Assembly (NCBI GenBank): GCA_008690995.1
Contig: VRMN01000001.1
Coordinates: 186,001-250,000, forward strand
DNA: 64,000 nt
Direction: 5' to 3'
Origin: Porphyridium purpureum
Taxonomy: Eukaryota
Below are positions 32,245 through 42,155 of this stretch, piece after piece. Numbering within the stretch: position 1 is the first letter of the stretch; the number at the start of each line of letters is the position of its first letter. The notes under the pieces are model-generated. The model did no database searches. It was not told the DNA's origin and saw only the letters and a program-made list of their open reading frames with translations. A program made the position numbers and the translations under genes.

Positions 32245-34554
32245 ATGGGCGTCCACGCGCTAGCGGTTGTGGAGACTTCGCACGCAGAACACTTGGTTCT
32301 TGCCGCGGCGCCGCACGTGCAGGTCGCCGGGCACGCGGGATGGATGTCCACCAGTGCGGTGGGTATGGACTCGGCGCTGCAGACGCTGCGCCGCCTGCAT
32401 GTGCACGTTGAAGAGCAGCGAGCCAAGCAGGTGGACAGCATAGAGACGGTATGCGCGCAGTTCCATGGTCCGCCCTTTGTCGAGTATCAGATGGTGCGTG
32501 GCGGACCCGGATCCGGGCCCGGCGATCGTGGCGCTGCCGCTAAAACCGCTCCTCGACTCGACTTGTTTGGATCGAAAGCCGCGCAGAACGAGGCAATCTC
32601 CGTGCCGTTGAGAGTAGTCGCGATCTGGGACAATGAGCCCCATGAGTGGCACGCCCAAGTTCTCGCGCGGGAGTACCTGTCGCGCGCGTGTGCCGCTGTT
32701 GCAAAGGTGTACGCACAATTGCTCGCAAAAGAACCAGACGCAGTGGCCTTTGTCTACTCGGTGTTGTCCAGCACGCTTCGGGGAGAATTTAACGAAACCA
32801 TTCCCGACTCTGTGACCGTCTCGGCAAGGCCTGTACAAAAGCTACGCTCTTTGTTCAAACGGGGCAAGGCAAACAAGGCCTCCACACCTGGGCCCGCCAA
32901 GGAGAGCGTCCAAAAGAAGCAGAGCGTCAGGGTTTTGGCCACCGGGCTGACTGCGCAAGTGGTCACCGAGGAACGAGCCGACGATGTGCCCGACTCGTTG
33001 GCAAAGCGCAAGACCTCAACCGGACTGTTCAAGAAAAAGGCCTCAACAGTCGGGAAGGACGAATCAAGCGCCCCTGACGACCCGCCCCGTACGAGTCTTC
33101 AAAAACTGGCCTCAAAACTTAGCGGCAAAGCGCCCGCAAAAGATTTGGGCACGAGCGCCGCACGCAGCTCATCTGAGACGATGACTGCGCTCGCCCATGT
33201 GGCGGACCAAGTGGTAGAGGAAGAAAGCGTGCTCAAGCTTCCAGAAAAATGCTTTGACATGGCCAGAGTCGGCAAGCCCTTGGATGTGGCGATGGGGGAT
33301 CTCAAGTGGTTTGTACTGCTTCTGCAGAATGAATGGATTTCAGAGGAGCAAGAGGGCGTGCGCAACATTGAGCGGCGCACGGGAAACCTACTGCGCGGCA
33401 GTACGCTGCAGCGAAACGCTTCGATTGACGCTGAGCACGCAAACGCCGGCGTAAATCGGAATGCGCAGTATTTTGCGGCATTCGGGAACCAATTTCTGGG
33501 CCCGAAGCGATCCACCTACATGGGTGGAATGTTCCCCGCTGCGCAGTCAACTAATTTTGCGGGAGTGATGCAGCAGCAACGGCAGCAAGAGCAACAGCAA
33601 GCCGCACTTTTGCAAAGGAAAATGTCCTCCGGGGGGATGGCGCCCGTCCGTGCCACACCTGGTAACCACGTTCAGCAGCAGCAACAAATGATGAACGCTC
33701 AGCAACAGCAGGCTTTGCTACAAAAGCGGGCGTCAATGGGGGCATCGACCGGCCTTGGGCAGCCACGCGTACCAGCACCAGTGCAGCAACAGCAAGTAGC
33801 TGTGATTGCTGCGCAGCCGCCACAGGCAGTGAGGAAAATGGACCCTGCTCAAGCCAAGCAGCAAGAACAGCTCAAGCTGCGCGATGCCATGGCAGGGTGT
33901 CCTCCAAATACAGATCCAGTGCGCTTCAAAATGAACCAGTTTGCCGAGACGCTGCAGCAGGGCAAGCTTGAGCTCGCGCTGAAACAAGTTCAAGAGTCGC
34001 TCGTGGTGATCCGCAATGCGGGCGGCGGCGTCATCGAGCGGGAGAAGGAGACGCAGATGTGCGTGCGATACGTCTTGGGCGTCAAGCTCGCACTGCGCAT
34101 CCGCGCGCTCGACGCGGAGATGCGTGCGCATGTGGAATCAAGTCCAGAATTCCGCAAGCGCTTGCTTGAAGCCGCCGCGCTGGCCGCTTTGCTCGGAAGC
34201 CTGCCCCTCGTCAAGGTGCACCGCGGGCTGATGCTGCGTGTTGCGATTGAGAAGAACATGGCGGCAGGAAACTACGGGGTCGCGGCCAAGTTTATCCGTG
34301 AAATGATGGATATCATGCCAGCCGCGCAACAAGGCGACTTGATTCAGCAGCTTCAGCACTGCCAGCAAAATGGAGAGCGGGACACGCGTGTTGCACCAAC
34401 GCAGCGGATTTGCTACAAATCATTGACGCTCGTGGGATCGCCTGTGCTCAAGTGCAATTTTTGTCCCGCCCTGTTTTCGCCCCAGAAGGGCGCGGTCAGT
34501 GCGCAGCAGACATGCCCATTTTGCCTGCATGGTCTCATTCTACCGATGCAGTAA
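32245..34554 (+). CDS. TSET/TPLATE-related protein: TCUP/TML-like longin domain, low-complexity linker, TTRAY/alpha-COP-type Cys-rich C-terminal domain (769 aa)
   Basis: C-terminal LGSLPLVKVHR..LRVAIEKNM..NY, IC..S, CNFC and CPFC resemble the TWD40-1 and alpha-COP C-termini. N-terminal ALAV..VEYQMV..RVVAI..VYSVLSSTLRG resembles the TML longin. No WD40 repeats. Confidence 0.7.
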   Translation: MGVHALAVVETSHAEHLVLAAAPHVQVAGHAGWMSTSAVGMDSALQTLRRLHVHVEEQRAKQVDSIETVCAQFHGPPFVEYQMVRGGPGSGPGDRGAAAKTAPRLDLFGSKAAQNEAISVPLRVVAIWDNEPHEWHAQVLAREYLSRACAAVAKVYAQLLAKEPDAVAFVYSVLSSTLRGEFNETIPDSVTVSARPVQKLRSLFKRGKANKASTPGPAKESVQKKQSVRVLATGLTAQVVTEERADDVPDSLAKRKTSTGLFKKKASTVGKDESSAPDDPPRTSLQKLASKLSGKAPAKDLGTSAARSSSETMTALAHVADQVVEEESVLKLPEKCFDMARVGKPLDVAMGDLKWFVLLLQNEWISEEQEGVRNIERRTGNLLRGSTLQRNASIDAEHANAGVNRNAQYFAAFGNQFLGPKRSTYMGGMFPAAQSTNFAGVMQQQRQQEQQQAALLQRKMSSGGMAPVRATPGNHVQQQQQMMNAQQQQALLQKRASMGASTGLGQPRVPAPVQQQQVAVIAAQPPQAVRKMDPAQAKQQEQLKLRDAMAGCPPNTDPVRFKMNQFAETLQQGKLELALKQVQESLVVIRNAGGGVIEREKETQMCVRYVLGVKLALRIRALDAEMRAHVESSPEFRKRLLEAAALAALLGSLPLVKVHRGLMLRVAIEKNMAAGNYGVAAKFIREMMDIMPAAQQGDLIQQLQHCQQNGERDTRVAPTQRICYKSLTLVGSPVLKCNFCPALFSPQKGAVSAQQTCPFCLHGLILPMQ

Positions 34555-34611
34555 TCGAGAGAAAACTTGCGAGGGGTCACATGTGCATGCTTCAAACTGC
34601 AGGGATTTTTC

Positions 34612-35823
34612 TCAGGTCTGCTGCATCACCGAACGAACACTTTCTTGCACGGCTTTCGTGACAAATTCGATTTCTGCATCCGTCATATGAGAGCCAATCG
34701 GGATCGAAAAGACTGTGTGCGTGGCGCTTACCGTGTTGGGAAAGTCTTCAGCATTCAGTGTGAGTTGCTGAAACACAGGCTGGTCAAAAAAGCCGATAGG
34801 ATAGTAAACCGCTGTCCCAACACCACGTGCCTTGAGCGCCGCAACAATGTGGTCACGGAGTTGCGGCTCCGGAGATCCATCCGAGAAGTCAGCTAATCTT
34901 AGTGTGTAGACTCCGTACACATGCTCTGTAGTTCCCAATGCCGGTGGATGGGCTGCGCTGGTTATCAGTGGCTCCAGCTCTGGCACGACCAGCCGCTCGT
35001 TTAATTTGAACTCGGCGTTGTACTTTGCCGCGACATGCATACGAGCGGCTCGGTCATCTGGAAACTTTCGAAGTACTTCGCGAAGCACCGCAGCTTGCAA
35101 AGCGTCTAACCTCGAATTTGTGCCAACGATTAGGTGCGCTCCTGTCGCGGCGTCCTTGCCGTGTTGTCGCAGCATTCTCAGACGATCGTAAATCAACTTG
35201 TCGTCCGTAAAAACCGCGCCACCATCCCCGAGACATCCCAGCGGCTTGGTAGGGAAGAAGCTCGTGCATCCGATGGAACCCGGCCAGCCGCAGCTCATGT
35301 GCCCTTCGCGACTGGCGCCAAAGCTCTGAGCGCCATCCTCAATCAGAGCAATCTTTGCGCGACCTGCGCACTGGGCCGCATCCAACACACTTGCGAGCCG
35401 CGCAAGGTCTGGCATCTGTCCAAACAGACTAACAGCAATGACGGCCCTTGTGCGTGCGCTGATTTTACGACTCACAGCGTCAACATCGAGCAGGAACGTG
35501 CGCCTGTCAATGTCCACAAACACGGGCGTTGCGCCGACGAGGCAGATCGCTTCGGCTGAGCTGATCCACGAAAAGGGCGTCGTGATCACTTCGTCGCCTG
35601 GCCCGATCTCCAGTGCGCGCAGGGCAAGCTGAAGCGCGTCTGTGCCATTCGCGACCGCCACGCAGAACGGTACCCGCACGTATGCGGCCAGTTCTGCTTC
35701 CAGCTGCTCTACCTCTGGGCCGAGAATAAAGTGCGCCGAGTCGAGCACGCGGGCGAGTGCCGCGTCGATCGCTGCGCGATTCGCCGAAACGTGCCGGTCC
35801 ACTTGGAAAATTGGGAGATTCAT
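34612..35823 (-). CDS. DegT/DnrJ/EryC1/StrS PLP-dependent sugar-nucleotide aminotransferase (WbpE/WlbC-like)
   Basis: FILGPEV..LE, ANGTDAL, GPGDEVITTPFSW, IEDGAQSFGA, SFFPTKPLGCLGDGG (PLP Lys) and NSRLDALQAA. Confidence 0.95.
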   Translation of the reverse strand: MNLPIFQVDRHVSANRAAIDAALARVLDSAHFILGPEVEQLEAELAAYVRVPFCVAVANGTDALQLALRALEIGPGDEVITTPFSWISSAEAICLVGATPVFVDIDRRTFLLDVDAVSRKISARTRAVIAVSLFGQMPDLARLASVLDAAQCAGRAKIALIEDGAQSFGASREGHMSCGWPGSIGCTSFFPTKPLGCLGDGGAVFTDDKLIYDRLRMLRQHGKDAATGAHLIVGTNSRLDALQAAVLREVLRKFPDDRAARMHVAAKYNAEFKLNERLVVPELEPLITSAAHPPALGTTEHVYGVYTLRLADFSDGSPEPQLRDHIVAALKARGVGTAVYYPIGFFDQPVFQQLTLNAEDFPNTVSATHTVFSIPIGSHMTDAEIEFVTKAVQESVRSVMQQT

Positions 35824-35910
35824 CTGCGTGCAAGAACCCCAAGCTGGCACATGCAGCTCTTTCTTCTTCTTGTGTCCCGCCTACCCTATGGCTGGACCAT
35901 CGTTGAAGGT

Positions 35911-37536
35911 TTATTTATCAGAGTAGCGCATGGCCAGTCGGATGACGTCGTCGCGCTTCATGTCTGGAGACACCACCAAGAACACTTCCTGCACTTGCGT
36001 GCCCTTCCGGGCCAGCAGTTTCCAACCTTGGTCAGTAGGCACCGTCACGCGAAGATACAGGCCGGAGCGCCCGCGGGCATTGCTCTTCGCAGCGCCTACA
36101 CGCCCGGGCACAATGCTCTTCACGCCAGGTTCCTGGCACATACGCTCTAGCGTCCGAAGTAGGCTCGGAATGTGCGTTGAGTGGTTCACCACCAGCCGGC
36201 CGCTTTGCTCCGGGCGCAACGCAGGAGGCGAGGGAGACAGGACGGCAGTACCACCGTGTCCGACATCCACTGGCTCTGCACCTGATAAGGAGCCTTCGGC
36301 GCTCTTCCTAAGCTCAAGCATGGCGTCGAGCACTTGCTGGACGTGCCGCGTCGCATTGGGACCGGATGCTAGCACAGCGCGCACGCGCGCGGCGCGTGAA
36401 TCCTGCGTAAACTCGAGAATGTACGTCTTGCAGGATCCAAAAGCCTCAAAGTACCCGCCGCGCGAAGGCTGCTGCGATGGCTCGATCTGTTCGTCTTGCG
36501 CACTTTCGTCCACCACAATGCTGAACGGTAATGCCTTTAGGGCGTCAGCTTTGAGTTCGACGGGCGCGCGGCACACGCCAAGAATCGTCCATAAAGAGGG
36601 ACGGTACATCTCAGAGGCAAACTCACGCAGCATGTTCAGCCAGCTCATAGAAGCTGCACCAGATGCCCCTAGTCCACCTACCAATACGACCGTGCGCAAG
36701 CTCCCAGCCGCCATCTCAGCAATCAGCGCGTCGCCCGTACACTTTTCCTGGCGAAATTTGACAAGTCGTTTCAAAATGGCCAAGTCCACCTCGTCTCCTA
36801 CTTTGTATGTCGCGATCGGACGGGTCTCGCTCGCCATAGATCCCTTTGGTGGACGCGCCGAAAGCCGCGCTTCTTCGCTGGGCGCTGCCTGCGCTGGCTG
36901 TCCTCCACCAAGCCGACTGCTGCGCGACGGCTGCTTTCCGTTTGCAACGGGAGGCACAGCGGATGCAGCAGGCGCAGGGTCTTGTACTGGAGCTGGTCGC
37001 GGAGGCGGACGCGTCAGACTGAGCGCCGGCCCTCCGCGGTCCGAATCGCCAAACGCGTCGCCCAGTATGGCGTCTAAATTGGCCTGATCCTGATCATTTT
37101 GCGACGCATCGCTGGGTTTGGATGCCTGCAGGCCGCGACTTTGTTCAACCAAGAGTTCAGCTGCCTGTGCCTTTGGGTTGATTGCGCCCGAGTCGAGCCC
37201 CAACCTTTCGAGCTCGACCTGGAAATTCTCGTACGACACGTCTCTTCCCACCTGCAGACCTTTGTCCGCCCCGGCGCCTGGCTGCCCACGCGCCTGCTCG
37301 GCGCTCTCCGCCGCCTCCTCCTCAGCCTGCCTGCGCGCGTCGGCCTCGAGCTTTTTCTGCTTGACGACGTCCTCAAACGACACGTACCGCGCGTTGACCT
37401 TTTTCCTCTGGTTCTTCACGCGCTCCGCATCATTCCTCCTACTCGAGGACGCGTTCATGCACACATGCCCGCATCGCCTATTCTTCTGCCTGCACTTCAG
37501 CGCGCCCCACGCACCGGGCGCAAACGCACTGACCAT
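35911..37536 (-). CDS. Probable plastid protein with a Cys-less peroxiredoxin/thioredoxin-like domain and a C-terminal DUF2103 domain
   Basis: Transit-peptide-like start MVSAFAPG. Middle region YKVGD..TILGV..LPFSIVVD..EAFG..TYIL..HVQQVLDAM. C-terminal GRLVVNHSTHIP..PGRVG..LRVTVP..GWKLLARKGTQVQEVF. Confidence 0.75.
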   Translation of the reverse strand: MVSAFAPGAWGALKCRQKNRRCGHVCMNASSSRRNDAERVKNQRKKVNARYVSFEDVVKQKKLEADARRQAEEEAAESAEQARGQPGAGADKGLQVGRDVSYENFQVELERLGLDSGAINPKAQAAELLVEQSRGLQASKPSDASQNDQDQANLDAILGDAFGDSDRGGPALSLTRPPPRPAPVQDPAPAASAVPPVANGKQPSRSSRLGGGQPAQAAPSEEARLSARPPKGSMASETRPIATYKVGDEVDLAILKRLVKFRQEKCTGDALIAEMAAGSLRTVVLVGGLGASGAASMSWLNMLREFASEMYRPSLWTILGVCRAPVELKADALKALPFSIVVDESAQDEQIEPSQQPSRGGYFEAFGSCKTYILEFTQDSRAARVRAVLASGPNATRHVQQVLDAMLELRKSAEGSLSGAEPVDVGHGGTAVLSPSPPALRPEQSGRLVVNHSTHIPSLLRTLERMCQEPGVKSIVPGRVGAAKSNARGRSGLYLRVTVPTDQGWKLLARKGTQVQEVFLVVSPDMKRDDVIRLAMRYSDK

Positions 37537-37776
37537 CCTTTCCTGCACCACACGCAACACGCACAACACACAACACACTCACACTCCCGGACTCCCCCTC
37601 CAGTCCCACTGGCCCCAATGCTTCCGCCTTTCCCGCCGCGCTGACTCGCTCCAAACGGTTTCCCGGTTTCCCGGTTGCAGCCTTGACAGGTCCGGAAACC
37701 GATGAACCAAATGGACCTCTTGAGCCATTAAACCATAAAGCCCAAAATCCAAAAGTCCAATAAGTCTATCAGCCAT

Positions 37777-37831
37777 TTAGCCAGTTAGCCAGTTAGCCAG
37801 TTAGCCAGTTAGCCAGTTAGCCAGTTAGCCA
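37777..37831 (+). repeat. (TTAGCCAG) x about 7 tandem repeat in a divergent promoter
   Basis: Six full units and one 7/8 unit, all perfect. Confidence 0.95.
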
Positions 37832-37894
37832 TTAAACCGATGGAACGTTTTCTTCTTCAAGCCGGTGTTGAGCAGGTGGTGGCGGGGGGGATGG

Positions 37895-38344
37895 ATGGAT
37901 GAGGAAGGGACGATGGCGAGAGATGGAGAGGGATATGCGGCATTGGAGGATGAGATTGAGGCGCAGCTGAGACTCGTCGTGGAGCTGGAAGATGGGCGGG
38001 TGGTCATAGATGCAGGCAGGCGGGAGGAGCTGCGGTGCTGGCTGCAGGAGTGGGATGCGCGTCTATCGCAGCAGCTGCAGGAGACCATGCAGCACGCTGC
38101 ACAGCTGCAGGAATCGTGCGACGAAGAGCGAAAGGCGGTCGATGCGCTGCAGGAGCAGGTCGCTTGCGACCAAGACGCGCTGCGCATGCCGGACGATCTC
38201 GTGCCAGAGGTGGTCAGTTGGCAGCTGCCTCCGCGCGTTATGGGTCTCGCAACCCGAGCCGAACAGATCTACTGGCAGGCACGCGACGCGCGCGAACTGC
38301 TAGATGCGGGCTCCAGGGAAACACGTCCACAAAGCACCAGATAA
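37895..38344 (+). CDS. Small coiled-coil hypothetical protein
   Basis: Acidic, heptad-rich ORF with G/C third-position bias, filling the gap before an A-rich 3' spacer. No family recognised. Confidence 0.6.
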   Translation: MDEEGTMARDGEGYAALEDEIEAQLRLVVELEDGRVVIDAGRREELRCWLQEWDARLSQQLQETMQHAAQLQESCDEERKAVDALQEQVACDQDALRMPDDLVPEVVSWQLPPRVMGLATRAEQIYWQARDARELLDAGSRETRPQSTR

Positions 38345-38428
38345 TCGATTGCAGAAAGGAAAAAAAAATTCACTATTGACATGATCGCATAGAAAAGGAC
38401 CCTAAGAAAAGAAAGTCCAGCCTCGCAA

Positions 38429-39055
38429 CTACCGGAATCCTCCGCCTCGCGCCCCACGAGGCGAGAATCCGCCGCGGCCTCGCGGAGCAAAGCCGCCGCG
38501 AGAGAATCCCCCTCCCCGGCTCCCACCGCGAAACCCGCCACCGCGGGCACCAAACCCGCCACGGAATCCACCTGCAGCAGCAGCGCCACGTCCGGCGCCG
38601 GCGCCCTGTCCTCTCGGCGCGCGCTTTTTGATCCCCTTTGGCTTGGGCGGCTGCGGCAAGAAGCGCTGAAGTGGAAGTAGTTTTTCCGTGCTAATGTACA
38701 CCTTGTCTCCCTTCCTGAAGCTCGTGGCAACCACACCAGGCATGACTTTGACCGTAAAGTGCACGTCGTGGATCTGGCCAAGGATCTCCTCGACCTTGCC
38801 GATCTGCGTCTTGTTCTCGAGGTAGATCGGCGCATTAAAGTACGGGATCTTTTCATTCAAGCTGCGACACACCATTTCCGACTCACATTCATGCTCGAAC
38901 TTGCCCATCTCGACGACCTCGGCCGGCGGTCCCTCGTCATATCGTGCGCCTCCGCCGTACCCTCCGCCGCCGCGCCCCCCTCCTCCTCGACCACCGCGGC
39001 CCCTGAACCCGCCTCCGCCGCGTGGCGCACCTCGACCCCCTCCTCTGAAACTCAT
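38429..39055 (-). CDS. GAR1: H/ACA snoRNP subunit GAR1
   Basis: RGG boxes flank [49 protein letters not shown]. Confidence 0.98.
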   Translation of the reverse strand: MSFRGGGRGAPRGGGGFRGRGGRGGGGRGGGGYGGGARYDEGPPAEVVEMGKFEHECESEMVCRSLNEKIPYFNAPIYLENKTQIGKVEEILGQIHDVHFTVKVMPGVVATSFRKGDKVYISTEKLLPLQRFLPQPPKPKGIKKRAPRGQGAGAGRGAAAAGGFRGGFGARGGGFRGGSRGGGFSRGGFAPRGRGGFSPRGARGGGFR

Positions 39056-39193
39056 CGCCGACCAGCACGTCCAAACACACACCGCACCAACCACCACGTC
39101 GCACTCTCTTCTCCCCGCAGGCGACACGCCGTCGGAAACTCTTCACATTCGGCTGGTACTGACAACCCCGACCATTTTCGTCATCCCGGCTGA

Positions 39194-40498
39194 ATGCGAG
39201 TCAGCGTGATGTCTCTCGGGTACGGAGTCCCGAACCCTCCGGCATGCGAGCTCGTGCAGCGGTCCAGACCGGCCGCAAGCACGTGCAGCAATGCCAGAAA
39301 CGTGGCTTGCAGACGGCGCAATTGCGCCACGAGGCGCGGCCTTGCAGGAGACGACGCTCAGCGGGTTTCTGGCGTTCGAGATGGAAGACTTCCGGCGGAT
39401 GTCACCACAAATGGTGTCTGCGGGAGGAGGGAGTGGATTGTATCGATTCTGCTCCAGCTCAGAATTCGAGCCATGAAATCTGCGCTGCTCCTGAGCTGCT
39501 CATTTGTCCTGCAAGGGAGCCCCGGACGTGCAGAAGGAAACTCTAGTTTTCGAGATTCTGGCGGTGCGAACGATACAGGAGGACACGGAACAGCGAAAAC
39601 GTTTTCCGGACGCACGTACACAAAAGACGGAACGACAATCCTTGAGTGGCAAGATTTGAACGGGGACATGCAAGTGGTCCGCTTGGGTGAGTTGCTTGGT
39701 CAAGGGAGCTCAGGTACGGTCTTTGCTGGCACACTCGTGTCGACCGGACAGGAATTGGTGGTCAAGATGGGCAAGTCGGCGAATTTAGCCACCGAGCGGC
39801 AAGCGCTCCTCTGGCTGGTGGCAGCGGAGCAAGAACGACGGATCCATCTCGAACCGTACGCGTCAGAGTCTGGCTCATCGAGCGATTCAGATTCTGATTC
39901 CGAAGCGAGCTCAGATTCAGACACAGAGTCATCCACAGAGGCTGCGGGTTCCATCGCTGTGGAAAAGCTCTTTCGGTTCGTCGAGTTGGAAGACGGACAA
40001 GCGGTACTTTTAAAAACACCAATATTGTCGTGCGGCCTGAGCGATGACAATACGCTGATCGAAAGCAGAAGCGCGACGTCGTGCCCAATTGTGCAGTCCT
40101 CATCCGCACTCGCTACCACGAGTGCCCGCCATTGTGCCATCGAAACGATTCTGCACACGGCGGCGCACTTGCTGGCGCATGGCGTTGCGCTGGTTGACGT
40201 GCAGTTCCTGATTTGCGGCTGCACGGGCACCGCGTTGCTGATCGACTTGAGCGAGGCACACCTGTTCGACCCGGAGGGCGCGCTCTCGCCGCTGACGCGT
40301 GGCTTTGTCCTGTCCTTCATTCAAGAAGTCAACGCGACAGCCAGCAGTGCCGGGCTTCCCGGGTCACCGACGTACGCCGACGACTCTGCATTTGTCCAGA
40401 AGACGTGGTCACGCGCGCTAGCCACGATGCGTCGCGCGCGGTCGCCACAGCTCTACGAGCAGGTGCGCGCCACCCTGCAGCTCGACTTGCGCGGCTGA
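39194..40498 (+). CDS. Atypical kinase-fold protein, possibly plastid/thylakoid-targeted (start 39194 or 39209)
   Basis: LGQGSSGTVF loop, VVKMG, helix-C Glu (ATERQAL), HGVALVD in place of HRD, and LLIDLSEA in place of DFG. The N-terminal extension has RR, a hydrophobic stretch and GRA-E. Confidence 0.65.
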   Translation: MRVSVMSLGYGVPNPPACELVQRSRPAASTCSNARNVACRRRNCATRRGLAGDDAQRVSGVRDGRLPADVTTNGVCGRREWIVSILLQLRIRAMKSALLLSCSFVLQGSPGRAEGNSSFRDSGGANDTGGHGTAKTFSGRTYTKDGTTILEWQDLNGDMQVVRLGELLGQGSSGTVFAGTLVSTGQELVVKMGKSANLATERQALLWLVAAEQERRIHLEPYASESGSSSDSDSDSEASSDSDTESSTEAAGSIAVEKLFRFVELEDGQAVLLKTPILSCGLSDDNTLIESRSATSCPIVQSSSALATTSARHCAIETILHTAAHLLAHGVALVDVQFLICGCTGTALLIDLSEAHLFDPEGALSPLTRGFVLSFIQEVNATASSAGLPGSPTYADDSAFVQKTWSRALATMRRARSPQLYEQVRATLQLDLRG

Positions 40499-40775
40499 AG
40501 CGAATCGGAGAGCAGCCGCGCACTGTACCTCCTGCTTGAACCGGTTCGCCCTTGCGGTGAAACCGATAGACCGGGACATTCCAGCGAGCGGATCTTGTTA
40601 GATTCAGCTCGTCGGCGTTCGCGCGATGGCCGTGTGCAGGCAAGAGATCAAGGGGATCGAGACGCTTGTCTGAGAGAAGACGCACCTTGGGCATTGGACA
40701 TTGGATATCCACCATTGACCATCGATCATTGGCTACCGACTTTTGATACATCGATCGATCGATCTTGGCCATAGC

Positions 40776-42155
40776 ATGGGAGAAAGAGGTGCGCTCCTGG
40801 GCGGAGCGCCGGGCGAGCGCTCGGCAAAGCACGGCGTCTCGTTTGGCGCGCGTCTGGGTGATATTGTGCGATACATCACCCCGCTGGGCGTGTCGGCGTT
40901 CGGCGGCCCGCAAGCGCACGTGGCGATCGCACACCGCAAGCTGGTGGATGAGGAGGATTGGATCGATGAGGATGTCTTTGTGGGTCTCTTTGCGCTCAGC
41001 AGCGCCCTGCCCGGTCCGTCCTCAACGCAACTGATCACGTCCATAGGCGCTTACAAGGCCGGCATGCTGGGCGGGTTCCTGTCCTTCTTCTTGTTCCAGG
41101 TCCCTGGGTTTTTGGCCATGCTTTTCCTCGGCCTTCTTGTCGCGCCCGCGGTTGAGCGTGGAGATACGTCTGTTTCGGGAGGACTCGCGCAGGCCGTTTT
41201 GCAGCTCTTTGATGCGATTGCCCCTGGGCTTGTCGCAGCCGCGTTCGCGCAAGTCGCGCTGGCCTCGTACATGATCTCGCAAAAGACGTGCGGGAAGATC
41301 AAGCTGCACTGGGCGCTCAACCTGGTCTCGACAACCATTGCTGTGCTGATTTCGCCGGAAGCCTCCGCGTGGGTGTATCCGCTCATGATGGCCCTTGGCG
41401 GCCTTGTCACCCTATGGGCCGTCATGTCTGCGAGAGCCCCCGCTGCGTCGTCCACGTCTCCTGCGAGGGATACGACGCAGAACGCCGAGTCACACGACAG
41501 CCTCGAGCAGCACCAAGAGCAGATGACCCGTGTCGGCGGAGCGTTTCTGTTGATGATCTTTATAGCGATCTCGCTCGCTTTGCTCTTTGTTCGAAGCTCG
41601 TCAATGGCGCTTCGACACACGAGGGCGTTTCAGCTAACGGAGGCGTTCTGGCGCATGGGTGGCACCGTATTCGGCGGCGGCCAGGTCGTGCTTCCCATGA
41701 TCTACAATGAAGTCGTGGCTCGCGGCTGGCTCGCGGAGAACATCTTCCTGTACGGCTTTGCACTTGTTCAGTGCATGCCCGGCCCGCTGTTCAACTTGTC
41801 TGTGTTCATCGGGGCGGCGTGCGCGGGCGTCCCGGGCGCGCTGCTATGTGCATTCGGGCTGTTTGCACCAGGAGTGCTACTCATCATGGGCTGTCTGCCG
41901 TTCTGGACGCGCTTCCGCAACTCGCCGCGCTTCCGCGCTCTCATGCTTGGCGTGAATGCGACCGCCGCAGGACTCATCAACGCCGCGCTTTTTGTCTTTC
42001 TTCAAAAGTCGCTCCCGAACGCGGGCACGTATGCCGTGGCTGTGATCGCAGGCGTCCTCAGCGTCGTGTTTGGTGTCTCTGCCCCACTCACGATCGTGCT
42101 GGGCGGTGTGCTTGGTTACTTAATGACTCTTCTGGGCCTCGGACGAGCGATGTGA
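40776..42155 (+). CDS. chrA: Long-chain chromate ion transporter (CHR family)
   Basis: Two homologous halves with FGGPQAHVA..LPGPSSTQL and FGGGQVVLP..MPGPLFN, and multiple TM helices. Confidence 0.95.
   Translation: MGERGALLGGAPGERSAKHGVSFGARLGDIVRYITPLGVSAFGGPQAHVAIAHRKLVDEEDWIDEDVFVGLFALSSALPGPSSTQLITSIGAYKAGMLGGFLSFFLFQVPGFLAMLFLGLLVAPAVERGDTSVSGGLAQAVLQLFDAIAPGLVAAAFAQVALASYMISQKTCGKIKLHWALNLVSTTIAVLISPEASAWVYPLMMALGGLVTLWAVMSARAPAASSTSPARDTTQNAESHDSLEQHQEQMTRVGGAFLLMIFIAISLALLFVRSSSMALRHTRAFQLTEAFWRMGGTVFGGGQVVLPMIYNEVVARGWLAENIFLYGFALVQCMPGPLFNLSVFIGAACAGVPGALLCAFGLFAPGVLLIMGCLPFWTRFRNSPRFRALMLGVNATAAGLINAALFVFLQKSLPNAGTYAVAVIAGVLSVVFGVSAPLTIVLGGVLGYLMTLLGLGRAM

Noticed and set aside
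35930..37087. 385-aa plus-strand ORF and similar long antisense ORFs (e.g. 52686-53756, 56330-57238)
   Set aside because: Shadows of GC-rich genes on the opposite strand, with no motifs.
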